Assembly: GCA_046498225.1 (NCBI GenBank)
Contig: JAWOBF010000147.1
Coordinates: 1 to 36,659 of the forward strand
Direction of reading: 5' to 3'
From: Candidatus Aegiribacteria sp.
Lineage (GTDB): Bacteria > Fermentibacterota > Fermentibacteria > Fermentibacterales > JCC-6
Length of the DNA stretch: 36,659 bases
Shown: in pieces, positions 25,765 to 35,982 of the stretch
Layout of the letters: the number at the start of each line of letters is the position of its first letter
Numbering within the stretch: the stretch's first letter is position 1
Translations under genes and position numbers: made by a program
Notes under the pieces: generated by a model
The model's database searches: none
The model's input: only the letters and a program-made list of their open reading frames with translations
What the model was told of the DNA's origin: nothing

Positions 25765-27543
25765 TCACATCGGCCATATCACGGGTATGAGCAGCGACCC
25801 CACCAGCCACAGCAGTATGCTGAGGGGAATGCCCACCCTGGTGAAGTCCCGGAAGGTGTACCGGCCGGCGTTATAGATCATGGTATTCGTCTGATAGCCC
25901 ACCGGAGTGGCGAAGCTCAGTGAGCTGGCGAAGGCCAGGGCGAACAGGAATGTCCTGGGATTCAGTGACATGGAGTTCGCGGTGGTTATCATTATGGGGG
26001 CCAGCAGAACGGCTGATGCCTGGTTGGACACTATGTTGGTCATGATGATGGCCAGGAGGAAAAAGCCGGAGAGCACCGCGTTCGGGCCCAGGGGACGGAG
26101 GGTGGAGAGCACCCAGTCCGCCAGCAGCCGGTCCGCCCCGGTATTGCTCATGGCTATTCCCAGCGGCAGTATTCCCGCCAGCAGGAATATCACCTTCCAC
26201 TGGATCGCGTTGTAGGCCTGCCTCGTGGTTATGGTCCCGGTGAGCAGAAGGACCAGGCATCCCAGCATGGCGCTGACCACGATGGGCAGGATGTTCAGCG
26301 CTGCGGTTGCTATTACTCCCGCCAGCACGGATACCGCCACGGCCATCCTGCCCCTGCTGTAGGCCTTCAGCTCCGCACGGGATATGACTATGAAATCCGG
26401 GCTCTCCTCCAGGTGGGGTATCCGGTTGTGTTCGATGGAGAGCAGAAGCGAATCCCCTCCGGCCAGCCTGACGTCCTGAAAATTCTCATGCAGAAGCTTT
26501 CCCTGATGACGCATGGCCAGGACCACCGCGCCGTAGTTCCTCTTAAGGTCCGCGCTCTTGAGTGTCTTTCCGGCCAGCCCGGAATCCGGGGCGACCGATA
26601 CTTCCACCAGCACGTCCCGCCCCTGGACCAGATCGCTGTCCTTCCACTCCCGGGGAGGCCTTATTCGCAGACGATCCCTGTCGCTCAGCTTTCCCACCTC
26701 CCTCTGGCTTCCCCTGGTCCTGAGAACGTCGCCTTTTCGAAGGTCAGACCGGGAGCGGGCCGCGCTCTCGGACTCCCTTCCCCTGAACACCCGGAGTACG
26801 TCCAGGTCGATATCATCGGTCAGTATGCACTCCTCCAGAGGTTTTCCCTGGTGCTGACATTCATCGGTGAGCTCCAGGTCGTAGAGGTAGTTGCCCATTC
26901 CGTACTGGTCGGTGAGGTCGGCCTTCGGGCCGTAGTCCGGTATCTTCCTGTTCCCGTACAGGAACATGTACACAAAGCCCGCCGCCATGAATATCAGCCC
27001 CATGGGAGCGAATTCGAACATGGAGAACTTCTCCAGACCTGCGTCCAGGGCTATGGAGGCTATCAGGATATTGGTGGAGGTTCCTATCAGGGTGCACGCC
27101 CCGCCGAAGATGGATATGAAGGAGAGGGGCATGAGCAGACGTGAGGGACTTCTGCCCAGGGTCCGGGAGAGACCGATGAATACCGGAATGAAGATGGCCA
27201 CCGCCGCGGTGTTGTTGATGAAGGCCGATATTCCTCCCACTACAAGCAGGATAATCAGGAAGCCCTGCCTGGAGCCTCCGGCCGCTATGCGGGAGAAGAA
27301 GGCTCCCAGAGCCCTGAGGACACCGGCCTGTCTGAAGCCTGCGCTCAGGATAAACATGGCCCCGATGGTTACGGTGGCCTGGTTGCTGAAGCCGGACAGC
27401 CCCTCCTTCACGGTGAGGATGCCGGAGACCATGAGTATTCCTGTAACCATCAGAGCGGTTACGTCGAAGGAGACCTTCTCGCTGACGAAGAGAGCCACCG
27501 CGCCCGCCATCAGCGCAAAAAGGAACCCTATCTCCAGGGTCAT
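25765..27543 (-). CDS. SLC13/DASS family permease with two TrkA-C (RCK_C) domains
   Basis: SAFINNT, LIGTSTN, central soluble RCK_C pair, SNQA and TPVGYQTN. Confidence 0.93.
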   Translation of the reverse strand: MTLEIGFLFALMAGAVALFVSEKVSFDVTALMVTGILMVSGILTVKEGLSGFSNQATVTIGAMFILSAGFRQAGVLRALGAFFSRIAAGGSRQGFLIILLVVGGISAFINNTAAVAIFIPVFIGLSRTLGRSPSRLLMPLSFISIFGGACTLIGTSTNILIASIALDAGLEKFSMFEFAPMGLIFMAAGFVYMFLYGNRKIPDYGPKADLTDQYGMGNYLYDLELTDECQHQGKPLEECILTDDIDLDVLRVFRGRESESAARSRSDLRKGDVLRTRGSQREVGKLSDRDRLRIRPPREWKDSDLVQGRDVLVEVSVAPDSGLAGKTLKSADLKRNYGAVVLAMRHQGKLLHENFQDVRLAGGDSLLLSIEHNRIPHLEESPDFIVISRAELKAYSRGRMAVAVSVLAGVIATAALNILPIVVSAMLGCLVLLLTGTITTRQAYNAIQWKVIFLLAGILPLGIAMSNTGADRLLADWVLSTLRPLGPNAVLSGFFLLAIIMTNIVSNQASAVLLAPIMITTANSMSLNPRTFLFALAFASSLSFATPVGYQTNTMIYNAGRYTFRDFTRVGIPLSILLWLVGSLLIPVIWPM

Positions 27544-27561
27544 GACCGCGTCTCCGGAAGT

Positions 27562-28419
27562 CTAGATCGCGTGGCTCAGGATAAGCTCCCGCAGGGACTC
27601 CATGTCGACCTCGCGGCTGTACAGGGGAGTATCATCATCTTCCCATACCGGCTGGAGCTCCTCGAAGGTCTTCCTGGAATCATTCCTGTATATGATCCCC
27701 AGAGGAAGCTTCTCGGAGCCGGCCAGTCGGAAGGCCGCTTCCCTGTCCGTGGGGTCATGGTCTTCCTCAACCATGCCGGTGTGGTCCTTGAACCACTCGT
27801 AGTCGTTCACATGGTTAAAGGATACGCAGGGCTGAAGAATGTCCAGCAGGGCATAACCCGGATGCCGTACGGCTGCGGTCATCATCTCCGACAGATGGTC
27901 CGTGTCGCCGGCGAAGGACCTGGCCACGAAGGGTGCGTCAAGCGCTATCGCCACCGAGATGGGATCGAAGGGCCTCAGTATGACCCCCTCCGGCTGGACC
28001 GGCGTCTCGAACCCCTCCATGCTGGTGGGAGAAGCCTGACCCTTGGTGAGACCGTAGACCATGTTGTTGTGGACCAGATGGGCAATGTCCGGATTTCTTC
28101 TTATGCAGTGAAGGAAGTGGTTGCCTCCCTCGCCGTACATGTCACCGTCGCCGCCCTCGGCTATGACAGTGAGGCCCGGATTGCATACCGCAACGGCGGT
28201 AGCCAGGGGCAGAGCCCTTCCATGGAGTCCGTTGAAGAGGTTGCACCTGATGTAATGGGGCATCTTGGGGGCCTGGCCGATGCCCGAGGTTATCACCAGT
28301 TCTTCCGGGGACAATTCCAGCTCTTCCAGGGCTTTCATCAGTGCCGTCCTTATACCGAAATTACCGCATCCGGGGCACCAGGCGATATCCAGTCCCTCTA
28401 TATCAAATCTGCCGGCCAT
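27562..28419 (-). CDS. korB: 2-oxoacid:ferredoxin oxidoreductase beta subunit
   Basis: [22 protein letters not shown] motif GDGD...NN, YGLTKGQ.SPT and QPCVSFN. Confidence 0.93.
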   Translation of the reverse strand: MAGRFDIEGLDIAWCPGCGNFGIRTALMKALEELELSPEELVITSGIGQAPKMPHYIRCNLFNGLHGRALPLATAVAVCNPGLTVIAEGGDGDMYGEGGNHFLHCIRRNPDIAHLVHNNMVYGLTKGQASPTSMEGFETPVQPEGVILRPFDPISVAIALDAPFVARSFAGDTDHLSEMMTAAVRHPGYALLDILQPCVSFNHVNDYEWFKDHTGMVEEDHDPTDREAAFRLAGSEKLPLGIIYRNDSRKTFEELQPVWEDDDTPLYSREVDMESLRELILSHAI

Positions 28420-28421
28420 TA

Positions 28422-30125
28422 TTATCTCCCTTCCAGCTGAGAAGCGATATCTTCCGCCAGGGTGTCCGCCCTGAAGGGCAATCCGTCGTACCTGAGTATC
28501 TCCCCGTCCGGGGTGACCCCGGTGAGGTCGCGCAGCAGCCTTCCGAACTGACCTGTGGCGTTGCCCTCAACGGTTATCACCGTATCCGCTTCCTCCATTA
28601 TCTCCGATACTCTTCCCGAAAGGGGGTATGGCTGGGAGACCCGCAGCAGCGCCACGTCGTCCCTATCCAGGATATCTATGGCCTCGAGACACGCGTTGCC
28701 TGTCGATCCCCAGCAGATCACAAGATGGGGCCCCTCCCCGGTAAGCTCAGGTTCCAGTACATCTTCGGTGATCTTTCGCATCTTGCCCAGCCTCCTGTCC
28801 ACCATTTTCACTCTCAGGTCGAGGTCCTCGGTGATATGACCCGCCTGGTCATGCTCATCGCTGTCCAGGCACACCAGGCCTTTCCCGCTTCCCGGGACCG
28901 CCATGGGCGGTGGAGAGTCGTCCTCCAGGGTATATCTTCGGTATCCCTCCTCCGCTTCCGCCAGGAATCTGTCTGTGCCGATGTCCTCCGTAGAAAGCTC
29001 GGGAACATGGTAGAAAGAATCCATCAGGTGCTGGTCGGTAAGGATGAATACCGGTACCTGGTGCTTCTCCGCCAGCATGAACGCCCGAGCGGTGAGGGTG
29101 AAGGCCTCCTCCAGGCTGCCCGGCGCCAGTATGATCCTGGGGAATTCGCCGTGGCCGGCGTGGAGCACCAGCTCCAGGTCCTCCTGGGCGGTCCTGGTGG
29201 GCAGGCCGGTAGCCGGGCCGGGCCTCTGCGCCACATGAAGCACCAGTGGCGTCTCCACCATGCCCGAAAGACTGATTCCCTCCGACATCAGGGCCAGCCC
29301 CCCTCCGGAGGTGGTCACCATGGACCTGGCCCCGGTATACCAGGCTCCCAGCCCCATGTTCACAGCGGATATCTCATCCTCGGCCTGCTCTACCACCAGA
29401 CCGAATTTCCGGGCGTTCTGCGCCAGGAAGACCAGTACCGCAGTGGACGGGGACATGGGATAGGAACAGATGAAACGCAGTCCGCCCGCCAGGGCTCCCA
29501 GCCCCACCGCGGTACCCCCGCTGAGCAGCAGCTGACCTTCCACTTCGCCGGGAGTTATGGAACGGTCCAGATCCAGTTCCTCCCCGGATCCGTAACCCTT
29601 CCCGAAAGCCTCCAGGTTCCCCCGGACGACTTCTTCTCCATGTTTTTGAAAAAACGTCCTGACTACCTCTTCACAGGCTTCCCTGTCCAGCTTCGATCCT
29701 CCGGCCACTACTCCCGCGGCCACGGTATTGGAGTAGACCTCGGCCCCGGCCTCGCCGGCCAGTTCCTTCAGTGCCACGGGCACCAGAGTTGCTTTCAGAT
29801 CCTTCCGGTCTTCAAAGCTGTCCGGGTCCGCCACCACCACGGTATCGCCGTCAATACGCTTTTCCATGTGTCCTACCGCGGCTCCGTCCAGGGCGATGAG
29901 AAGATCCACCCGCCTGACGGGACATCGCACTTTCCGGCCGGATACTCGAAGGTCGGTGGAATTGCTGCCGCCCCTGACCCTGGACATGTACTCCTTTGTG
30001 GAGAATACGAAATGCCCGGTCCTGCCGAACATCTGCGAGAGAAGCTTTTCCACGGTCTTAATCCCCTGGCCCGCGGCTCCGCATATGACGATGTTCAAAT
30101 CTTCCATCTGTTTGCTCCGGCTCAT
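28422..30125 (-). CDS. korA: 2-oxoacid:ferredoxin oxidoreductase alpha subunit (fused gamma domain)
   Basis: [44 protein letters not shown] and SDEH. Confidence 0.93.
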   Translation of the reverse strand: MSRSKQMEDLNIVICGAAGQGIKTVEKLLSQMFGRTGHFVFSTKEYMSRVRGGSNSTDLRVSGRKVRCPVRRVDLLIALDGAAVGHMEKRIDGDTVVVADPDSFEDRKDLKATLVPVALKELAGEAGAEVYSNTVAAGVVAGGSKLDREACEEVVRTFFQKHGEEVVRGNLEAFGKGYGSGEELDLDRSITPGEVEGQLLLSGGTAVGLGALAGGLRFICSYPMSPSTAVLVFLAQNARKFGLVVEQAEDEISAVNMGLGAWYTGARSMVTTSGGGLALMSEGISLSGMVETPLVLHVAQRPGPATGLPTRTAQEDLELVLHAGHGEFPRIILAPGSLEEAFTLTARAFMLAEKHQVPVFILTDQHLMDSFYHVPELSTEDIGTDRFLAEAEEGYRRYTLEDDSPPPMAVPGSGKGLVCLDSDEHDQAGHITEDLDLRVKMVDRRLGKMRKITEDVLEPELTGEGPHLVICWGSTGNACLEAIDILDRDDVALLRVSQPYPLSGRVSEIMEEADTVITVEGNATGQFGRLLRDLTGVTPDGEILRYDGLPFRADTLAEDIASQLEGR

Positions 30126-30171
30126 GTCAGCACTCCTTAACAGTCAATTCCAGAACCATCCCGCAATCTCA

Positions 30172-32187
30172 TCATCTGTTCTTTTCAAAGGAGACCAGTC
30201 TCGCGTTCACCGCCACTATCACCGTGCTCAGGGACATCACCAGCGCGCCCACAGCCGGGGGAAGGATGATTCCCCAGGAGAACAGAACTCCCGCGGCCAG
30301 AGGGATGGCAACTACGTTGTAGCCTGTGGCCCAGGCCAGGTTCTGCTTCATCTTCCTGCCGGTCTTCTTCGAAAGATCGATAACATCCACCACTCCGGCG
30401 GGATCGTTCTCCACCAGTATCACGTCCGCCGTCTGGGCTGCAACATCGGTACCGGCACCGATGGCTATCCCTATATCGGCTGTGGAAAGTGCAGGGGCAT
30501 CGTTCACCCCGTCTCCCACCATGGCCACCTTTCTTCCCTTTCCCTGAAGCTCCTTTACTCGCTCCGATTTCTTGTCCGGAAGCACTTCGGAGAACCAGCT
30601 GTCTATTCCCAGCTCCCGGGAAACGCTCCTGGCGGTCTCTTCGCTGTCCCCGGTTATCATTGAAACTTCTATCCCCCTCCCCTTCAGGGCTTCAACCGCT
30701 TTCCGGCTGTTCTCCCTCACGGTGTCCGAGAGGCCTATAACGCCGGCCACCCGGCCCCCGGCAGCCACGAAGACCACCGTCATTCCCTCGGATGACAGTT
30801 CTTTTCCACTGTCCAGAGCGGTCTGAGATTCAGCTCCCGCCTTCTCCAGTATTCCTCTGTTGCCGACGAAAACGGTCTCCCCGGATATCTCCCCCCTGGC
30901 TCCCCTGCCCGGTACAGCCTGAAAATCCTTGACCGGGGGCGGGGATATTCCCCGACTCTCCGCTTCATCCACGATCGCCCTGGCTATGCTGTGCTCCGAA
31001 CTGCTGTCCACAGCCGCCGCGAGTTCCAGCACACTCTCCTCGTCCCTGTCCTCCAGGGGAACAACGCGTGAAACCCCGAAGCTTCCATGGGTGAGGGTAC
31101 CTGTCTTGTCAAAGACCACGGTATCGATATTCCTGGCTCCCTCGAATGGTGTGCGGTTGCGTATCAGAAGTCCATTTCTGGCGGAGATGGCGGTTATGAC
31201 CGCCACTACCAGAGGCACCGCAAGGCCCAGCGCGTGGGGACAGGTTATCACCATTACCGTTACCATCCGCTCCAGGGCAAATACGAATTCCCTGTCGAGG
31301 AGCAGCCATACAGTGAGGGTGACGGCCCCGGCGGAGAGAGCGATTATGGTCAGCCAGAAGGCGGCCCTGTCAGCCAGGCCCTGGGCCCGGGACTTGCTCT
31401 GGCTTGCCTTTTTAACCATCTCCACCATCTGGGAGAGGTACGAATCCTCACCGGCCTTGCTCACCCTGATGGTGAGTGAACCATTGCCGTTGACAGACCC
31501 TCCAATAACTTCGTCCGATTCTGATACGGCAACCGGTTCGGATTCACCGGTGACCATGGATTTGTCCACCTCGGACTCGCCTTCAACCACCCTGCCGTCG
31601 GCCGGTATCTTCTCCCCCGGTTTGACCAGCAGTCTGTCGTCCTCGGAAACATCCTTCAGCTCCACATCTTCAGTGGACCCGTCATCCCGAATGCGGTGAG
31701 CCTGCCGGGGCATCATCTCCACCAGATCCTCAAGAGCGTTGGAAGCACCCATGACCGAGCGCATCTCGATCCAGTGGCCCAGCAGCATAACGTCTATCAG
31801 TGTCACCAGCTCCCAGAAGAACACCTTGCCCCGTACTCCCAGGGCTACCAGCCCGCTGTAGACGAATGCCACGGTGATGGCCATGGATATCAGGGTCATC
31901 ATGCCGGGCCGGCCGTCACGGATCTCCCCCGCGCCGCCCTTGAGGAAGGGCCATCCGCCGTAGAAATAGATGAAGGTGGAAATGACAAGGACCACCATCA
32001 TGCTTCCCTGGAAGCTGACCGTATAACCGAGGAAGGACTGGATCATGGGAGAAAGCACCAGCACCGGTACGGTGAGGACCAGGGATATCCAGAACCTTCT
32101 TCTGAAGTCCCGAAGCATCATGCTGTGATGTCCGTTGGAGTTCTCTTCACCGCCGGCGTCATGCGTATGGTCATCATGGTCGGTCAT
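30172..32187 (-). CDS. copB: Copper-translocating P1B-3 type ATPase
   Basis: His-rich N-terminus from ATG 32187, TGES, CPHALGL, DKTGTLT, GDGVNDAP, YN and MSLST. Confidence 0.92.
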   Translation of the reverse strand: MTDHDDHTHDAGGEENSNGHHSMMLRDFRRRFWISLVLTVPVLVLSPMIQSFLGYTVSFQGSMMVVLVISTFIYFYGGWPFLKGGAGEIRDGRPGMMTLISMAITVAFVYSGLVALGVRGKVFFWELVTLIDVMLLGHWIEMRSVMGASNALEDLVEMMPRQAHRIRDDGSTEDVELKDVSEDDRLLVKPGEKIPADGRVVEGESEVDKSMVTGESEPVAVSESDEVIGGSVNGNGSLTIRVSKAGEDSYLSQMVEMVKKASQSKSRAQGLADRAAFWLTIIALSAGAVTLTVWLLLDREFVFALERMVTVMVITCPHALGLAVPLVVAVITAISARNGLLIRNRTPFEGARNIDTVVFDKTGTLTHGSFGVSRVVPLEDRDEESVLELAAAVDSSSEHSIARAIVDEAESRGISPPPVKDFQAVPGRGARGEISGETVFVGNRGILEKAGAESQTALDSGKELSSEGMTVVFVAAGGRVAGVIGLSDTVRENSRKAVEALKGRGIEVSMITGDSEETARSVSRELGIDSWFSEVLPDKKSERVKELQGKGRKVAMVGDGVNDAPALSTADIGIAIGAGTDVAAQTADVILVENDPAGVVDVIDLSKKTGRKMKQNLAWATGYNVVAIPLAAGVLFSWGIILPPAVGALVMSLSTVIVAVNARLVSFEKNR

Positions 32188-32544
32188 TTCTTCTCCCTGT
32201 TCAGTTTTCACGCATATCCTGCATGGCAACTGTCAAGCAGGATTTTATATTTCTTCATATTCCCCGGGCCGTTCCGTGTCAAGGCTGGAAGGACAGCATA
32301 CCGGGCTGGCCGCCCACCCTTGATTTTACTCCTCATCAATAACATATCATACATGACCTGTTGCGAAAACAGTATTTCCCGACCCTGAAGAGGAAAGAAC
32401 TCGCAGATATGCAAGTATGTTTTATAATCGTATCAGCAATAATACACGGTAATCAATTAGAAGTTATGGGGGTTGATATCCTCTATATTTTTCCATATAT
32501 AGTAAATAGTGTATTTTATTAATGCTATAATAAATGTAATTTCT

Positions 32545-32560
32545 GGTCAAAATATTGACC
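32545..32560. promoter_or_regulatory. Candidate operator palindrome in the AT-rich divergent copB / M50 protease region
   Basis: GGTCAA-AATA-TTGACC. Confidence 0.4.
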
Positions 32561-32648
32561 CATTTTCCACAGGAAAAGGAAATAGGAAAGGAAATCCAAT
32601 GGGTGTGAACAGGCAGCTGAGCATAACTCCAGGGAAAGGCCCCGGAGC

Positions 32649-33830
32649 ATGAGCCGGGATACAGGACCGTCAGTCGGGAAAAGCGCCGCAATAAATAAAA
32701 GAAAACCTTATGGAGGCACCGACCTGTTCCGCCTGGCCGGCTTTCAGGTGAGCATGGATCTCAGCTGGCTGGTCATAGCCTTTCTTGTCACATGGACCCT
32801 GGCCGCGGGGGTGTTCCCCGGGCAATATCCCGACCTGGCTACCGGCACCTACTGGATGATGGGGATCGCGTGCTCGGTCGGCCTGCTGATATCCATAGTG
32901 CTGCACGAGTTCAGCCACTCCCTGGTGGCAAGGAAGTACGGAATGCCCATCGGGGGCATAACCCTGTTCGTCTTCGGAGGGATTGCCCACATGGAATCCG
33001 AGCCCCCCGGTCCGAAGGAGGAAGCCCTGATGGCACTGGCGGGTCCCGCGTCGAGTATTCTCATCGGAGGGGCTCTCTACGGAATCCACGCCCTGCTGCA
33101 GGGCCGGGTTCCTCTTCCCGTGGAAGGCGTGATACAGTACCTGGCGCTTATCAACCTGGTCCTGGCGGCATTCAATCTGCTGCCGGCATTCCCGCTGGAC
33201 GGCGGCAGGGTTCTCAGGGCTGGTCTGTGGGCAAGGATGAAGAACATGAAAAGGGCCACCAGGATAGCTTCGTACTTCGGCAAGGGGCTGAGCTACATCC
33301 TAATAGGGCTGGGATTGCTGGCCCTTCTCTCGGGCAACCTGATAACCGGGATCTGGTGGGGGCTGATAGGGCTTTTCATCGGCGGAGCGGCAAAGCAGTC
33401 CTACCGGCAGCTGATACTGAAGCAGGAGCTGGAGGGGGAACCGGTTAGAAGGTTCATGGAGAGGAAACCTATAACTGTCCCCGAAGACATCACCGTTGAG
33501 GAGCTGCTGAACGATTACGTTTACCGCCACTACAAGAAGATGTTCCCCGTCACCAGCGGTGACCGGCTGGCCGGCTGCGTGACCACCGAGGAGATAAAGA
33601 CGGTGCCGGAGAAGGAGCGGAGCAGCACGTCCGTGGGCGACATAGCTTCTCCATGCGGGGATTCCAATACAATAGGACCGGACGAGGACGCTTCCCGCGC
33701 CCTCTCCATAATGAGCAGCAGAGGCATAAGCAGGCTGGTGGTGGCGGAAGACGGCAGACCGGTAGGTGTCATCACCCTGAAGGACCTGATGCAGCTTCTG
33801 TCCCTGAAGATAGACCTGGAAGAGGAGTAG
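32649..33830 (+). CDS. Site-2 protease (peptidase M50) with C-terminal CBS pair (start uncertain)
   Basis: HEFSH, LFVFGG, ALAGP, FNLLPAFPLDGGRVLR and two CBS domains. Confidence 0.95.
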   Translation: MSRDTGPSVGKSAAINKRKPYGGTDLFRLAGFQVSMDLSWLVIAFLVTWTLAAGVFPGQYPDLATGTYWMMGIACSVGLLISIVLHEFSHSLVARKYGMPIGGITLFVFGGIAHMESEPPGPKEEALMALAGPASSILIGGALYGIHALLQGRVPLPVEGVIQYLALINLVLAAFNLLPAFPLDGGRVLRAGLWARMKNMKRATRIASYFGKGLSYILIGLGLLALLSGNLITGIWWGLIGLFIGGAAKQSYRQLILKQELEGEPVRRFMERKPITVPEDITVEELLNDYVYRHYKKMFPVTSGDRLAGCVTTEEIKTVPEKERSSTSVGDIASPCGDSNTIGPDEDASRALSIMSSRGISRLVVAEDGRPVGVITLKDLMQLLSLKIDLEEE

Positions 33831-33851
33831 TTGAAGCGAAAGGATGAAGCA

Positions 33852-34325
33852 ATGAACAATATCAATTCGATACTGGTCCCGGTGGACCTCGGACCCTCCA
33901 CGGAGAGGATACTGGCCGCATCGGGAAAGATAGCGGAATCCATGGATGCCACGGTCTCGGTGATGCACGTGCTGCAGCCGGTGCCATCCATACCCATGGC
34001 AGCGGGACAGATGGCCCCGGAGGCAACCGACGGGTTCAACCTGCCCGTCTACCAGAAAACCCTCGAGGACAGAGCCCGAAGCGCCATGGAGGAGATAATC
34101 GGCAGGACCATACCCGAGAACCGTGTGTCCAGCATGCAGGTGAAGATAGGCAGCGTCGGCTCCACCATACTGGATGAGTGCTCCAGGGGGGATTACGACC
34201 TGGTCATAGTGGACAGCGGAGAGGACGAGGACCTGGCTGCGAAACTCTTCGGCTCGGTGGCCGACAAGGTTGTAAAGAACGCGCCGATGCCGGTCCTGGT
34301 TCTCAGGAGCGGAAAAGACAATTGA
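33852..34325 (+). CDS. Universal stress protein
   Basis: ILVPVD, HV, DLVIV...LFGSVADKVVKNAP.PVLV. A TTG start at 33831 is also possible. Confidence 0.93.
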   Translation: MNNINSILVPVDLGPSTERILAASGKIAESMDATVSVMHVLQPVPSIPMAAGQMAPEATDGFNLPVYQKTLEDRARSAMEEIIGRTIPENRVSSMQVKIGSVGSTILDECSRGDYDLVIVDSGEDEDLAAKLFGSVADKVVKNAPMPVLVLRSGKDN

Positions 34326-34349
34326 TCAATTAGGAAAAGAGGAGAGAAT

Positions 34350-34739
34350 ATGCTGAACGAAATGCTGCAGACCGCGGACTGGAAGAGCGAGAAACACGTA
34401 CCGGTGATAGAGGTGTCGAAAGAGGCCACATCCGGGGAGATGTTCGACGTGAAGGTGACCCTGGGCAAGGAGGTCGCCCATCCCAACACCACAGCACACC
34501 ACATCAGATGGATAACCCTCTATTTCAAGCCGAAAGACGGCAAGTTCCCCTTCGAGATAGGCAGGGCTCAGTTCACCGCCCACGGAGAGTCCGCGGATGG
34601 TGCGGACGAGGGGCCGGTCTACACTCACCACAGCTGCGTCTTCACGATGAAGACGGAGGAGGCCGGCACTCTGATGGCCATGGCGTACTGCAACATCCAC
34701 GGCCTCTGGCAGAACTCCACGGAGCTGGAATTCGATTGA
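34350..34739 (+). CDS. sor: 1Fe superoxide reductase (neelaredoxin-like, class II SORL)
   Basis: EKHVP, HPNT..HHI.WI and YCNIHGLW iron ligands. No desulforedoxin domain. Confidence 0.93.
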   Translation: MLNEMLQTADWKSEKHVPVIEVSKEATSGEMFDVKVTLGKEVAHPNTTAHHIRWITLYFKPKDGKFPFEIGRAQFTAHGESADGADEGPVYTHHSCVFTMKTEEAGTLMAMAYCNIHGLWQNSTELEFD

Positions 34740-34749
34740 TGTGAACTTC

Positions 34750-34777
34750 AGCGGCCCCTGTTCCGGGGCCGCTTTCT
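34750..34777 (+). terminator. Intrinsic terminator after sor
   Basis: AGCGGCCCC-TGTTCC-GGGGCCGCT-TTCT between convergent genes. Confidence 0.7.
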
Positions 34778-35982
34778 CACTCCGCTCCCACTCCGGGAAG
34801 GACCAGATACCCCTCCGGGGCCAGGGCGGTGGCCAGCATGACCGAGTTTATGTTCAGGTGCTCCTTCCAGCTGTCGCTCCGCTGATTTTCCGGCTCCATC
34901 CAGAAGCGAAGTATATCCTCACCCAGCGGCTCGTGGTCCCTGAGGCCCGCAAGACCCTTCTCCAGGTCCGCCCGGGCAAGCCTGACGCCGTCACCGGATG
35001 CTATGTTAATCCTTACCCAGGAAGCTCCCAGCAGGCCTATTGAAAGGCCCAGCTCCCGAAAGGCCAGCCGATTTACGGGATCGCGGCCCAGCGTGCTGGA
35101 CCCGCGGTAGTGCTCCATGCCGTTGCCGCTGGCCCGCAGGAGTTCAGCCAGAAGCTCGGAATCCACGGACTCCTCCTGCAGTATCAGCTGGTAGAGTCTT
35201 GCGGCGTCGCACATGAGCCCGCCAAGCCCCAGCGGGTCGGTTGTCTCCAGGCGACTGTTCTTAACCATTATCGAATAGATGGTGGACCACTCCGCCAGCC
35301 TGGACCGTTCCTCCCGAAGAGGGTGGTCTCCGTGTGACATGGCTGCTGCCGTGGCCGCCAGCTGCAGGGAGGTGATGCACCCTTCCAGGGGATCATGCTG
35401 ACCCATGGATGGAACCAGAGGGATGGAAAGGTCTATGCTCATCTTCCAGAACATTCCCAGCCCTCCCCCCCGGTCACGGTAGACGAAGGAGTTACCCGCG
35501 GCCTCCATCAGTTCCCGGGACCATCTCGCGTATACTTCCTCTCCGGTAGTTCTCGCTGTCCGGTCCAGAGCGTGCATCCACTTGACCAGGTAATGGAAGT
35601 ACTGACCATCCCTCTCCCATTCCCTCTGCGGGTCGAAGGACTGCTCCGGTGTTCTCTCCGGCAGCTTCTTTCCTATTCGAAGCCCGCCCGCGGTGGGGTG
35701 GCGGCTTCCCTCCTGCTCGGACAGGCCGCTTATCCAGCCCTCCCTGGGGTCGTCTTCCCGGTGACGTCCCAGAATCCGGTGGACCTGGTCGATGAGAGCC
35801 AGGGCCCGGTCCGCGTAGCTGCGCCGTCCGGTGCTCTCCGCAAGGCCGATGTAGTTACACACGGCGAAAGCGTCGGTCCACAGGTACCGCTCGGGGGCAG
35901 CGTCAGAAGTAAGGCCGGTCCTTTCGGCGAACTCCTCCATGAGGGCTATGGAACACTTCATATCTGTGTTCTTCAAGGTCAT
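34777..35982 (-). CDS. Conserved hypothetical protein, possibly (alpha/alpha)6 barrel
   Basis: RYLWTDAFAVCN, HPT.GGLRIGK, DGQYFHYL.KWMHAL, WKMS.DLS and RLAFRELGL.IG. The start overlaps the DUF72 stop (TAATG). Confidence 0.8.
   Translation of the reverse strand: MTLKNTDMKCSIALMEEFAERTGLTSDAAPERYLWTDAFAVCNYIGLAESTGRRSYADRALALIDQVHRILGRHREDDPREGWISGLSEQEGSRHPTAGGLRIGKKLPERTPEQSFDPQREWERDGQYFHYLVKWMHALDRTARTTGEEVYARWSRELMEAAGNSFVYRDRGGGLGMFWKMSIDLSIPLVPSMGQHDPLEGCITSLQLAATAAAMSHGDHPLREERSRLAEWSTIYSIMVKNSRLETTDPLGLGGLMCDAARLYQLILQEESVDSELLAELLRASGNGMEHYRGSSTLGRDPVNRLAFRELGLSIGLLGASWVRINIASGDGVRLARADLEKGLAGLRDHEPLGEDILRFWMEPENQRSDSWKEHLNINSVMLATALAPEGYLVLPGVGAE

Noticed and set aside
28341..30140. 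599-aa plus-strand ORF antisense to korA
   Set aside because: It shadows a well-conserved gene almost exactly and has no motifs. Long antisense ORFs are expected from GC-rich codon bias.
32188..32229. N-terminal MPCRIC (CxxC) extension of CopB in the ORF track
   Set aside because: The RBS-like GGGAG precedes ATG 32187 and P1B-3 ATPases begin with a His-rich tail, so the extension is probably untranslated.
32464..32691. 75-aa minus-strand ORF in the AT-rich region (also 5410-5670 and 32208-32414)
   Set aside because: These have no RBS or motifs and atypical composition. They are better explained as regulatory DNA.
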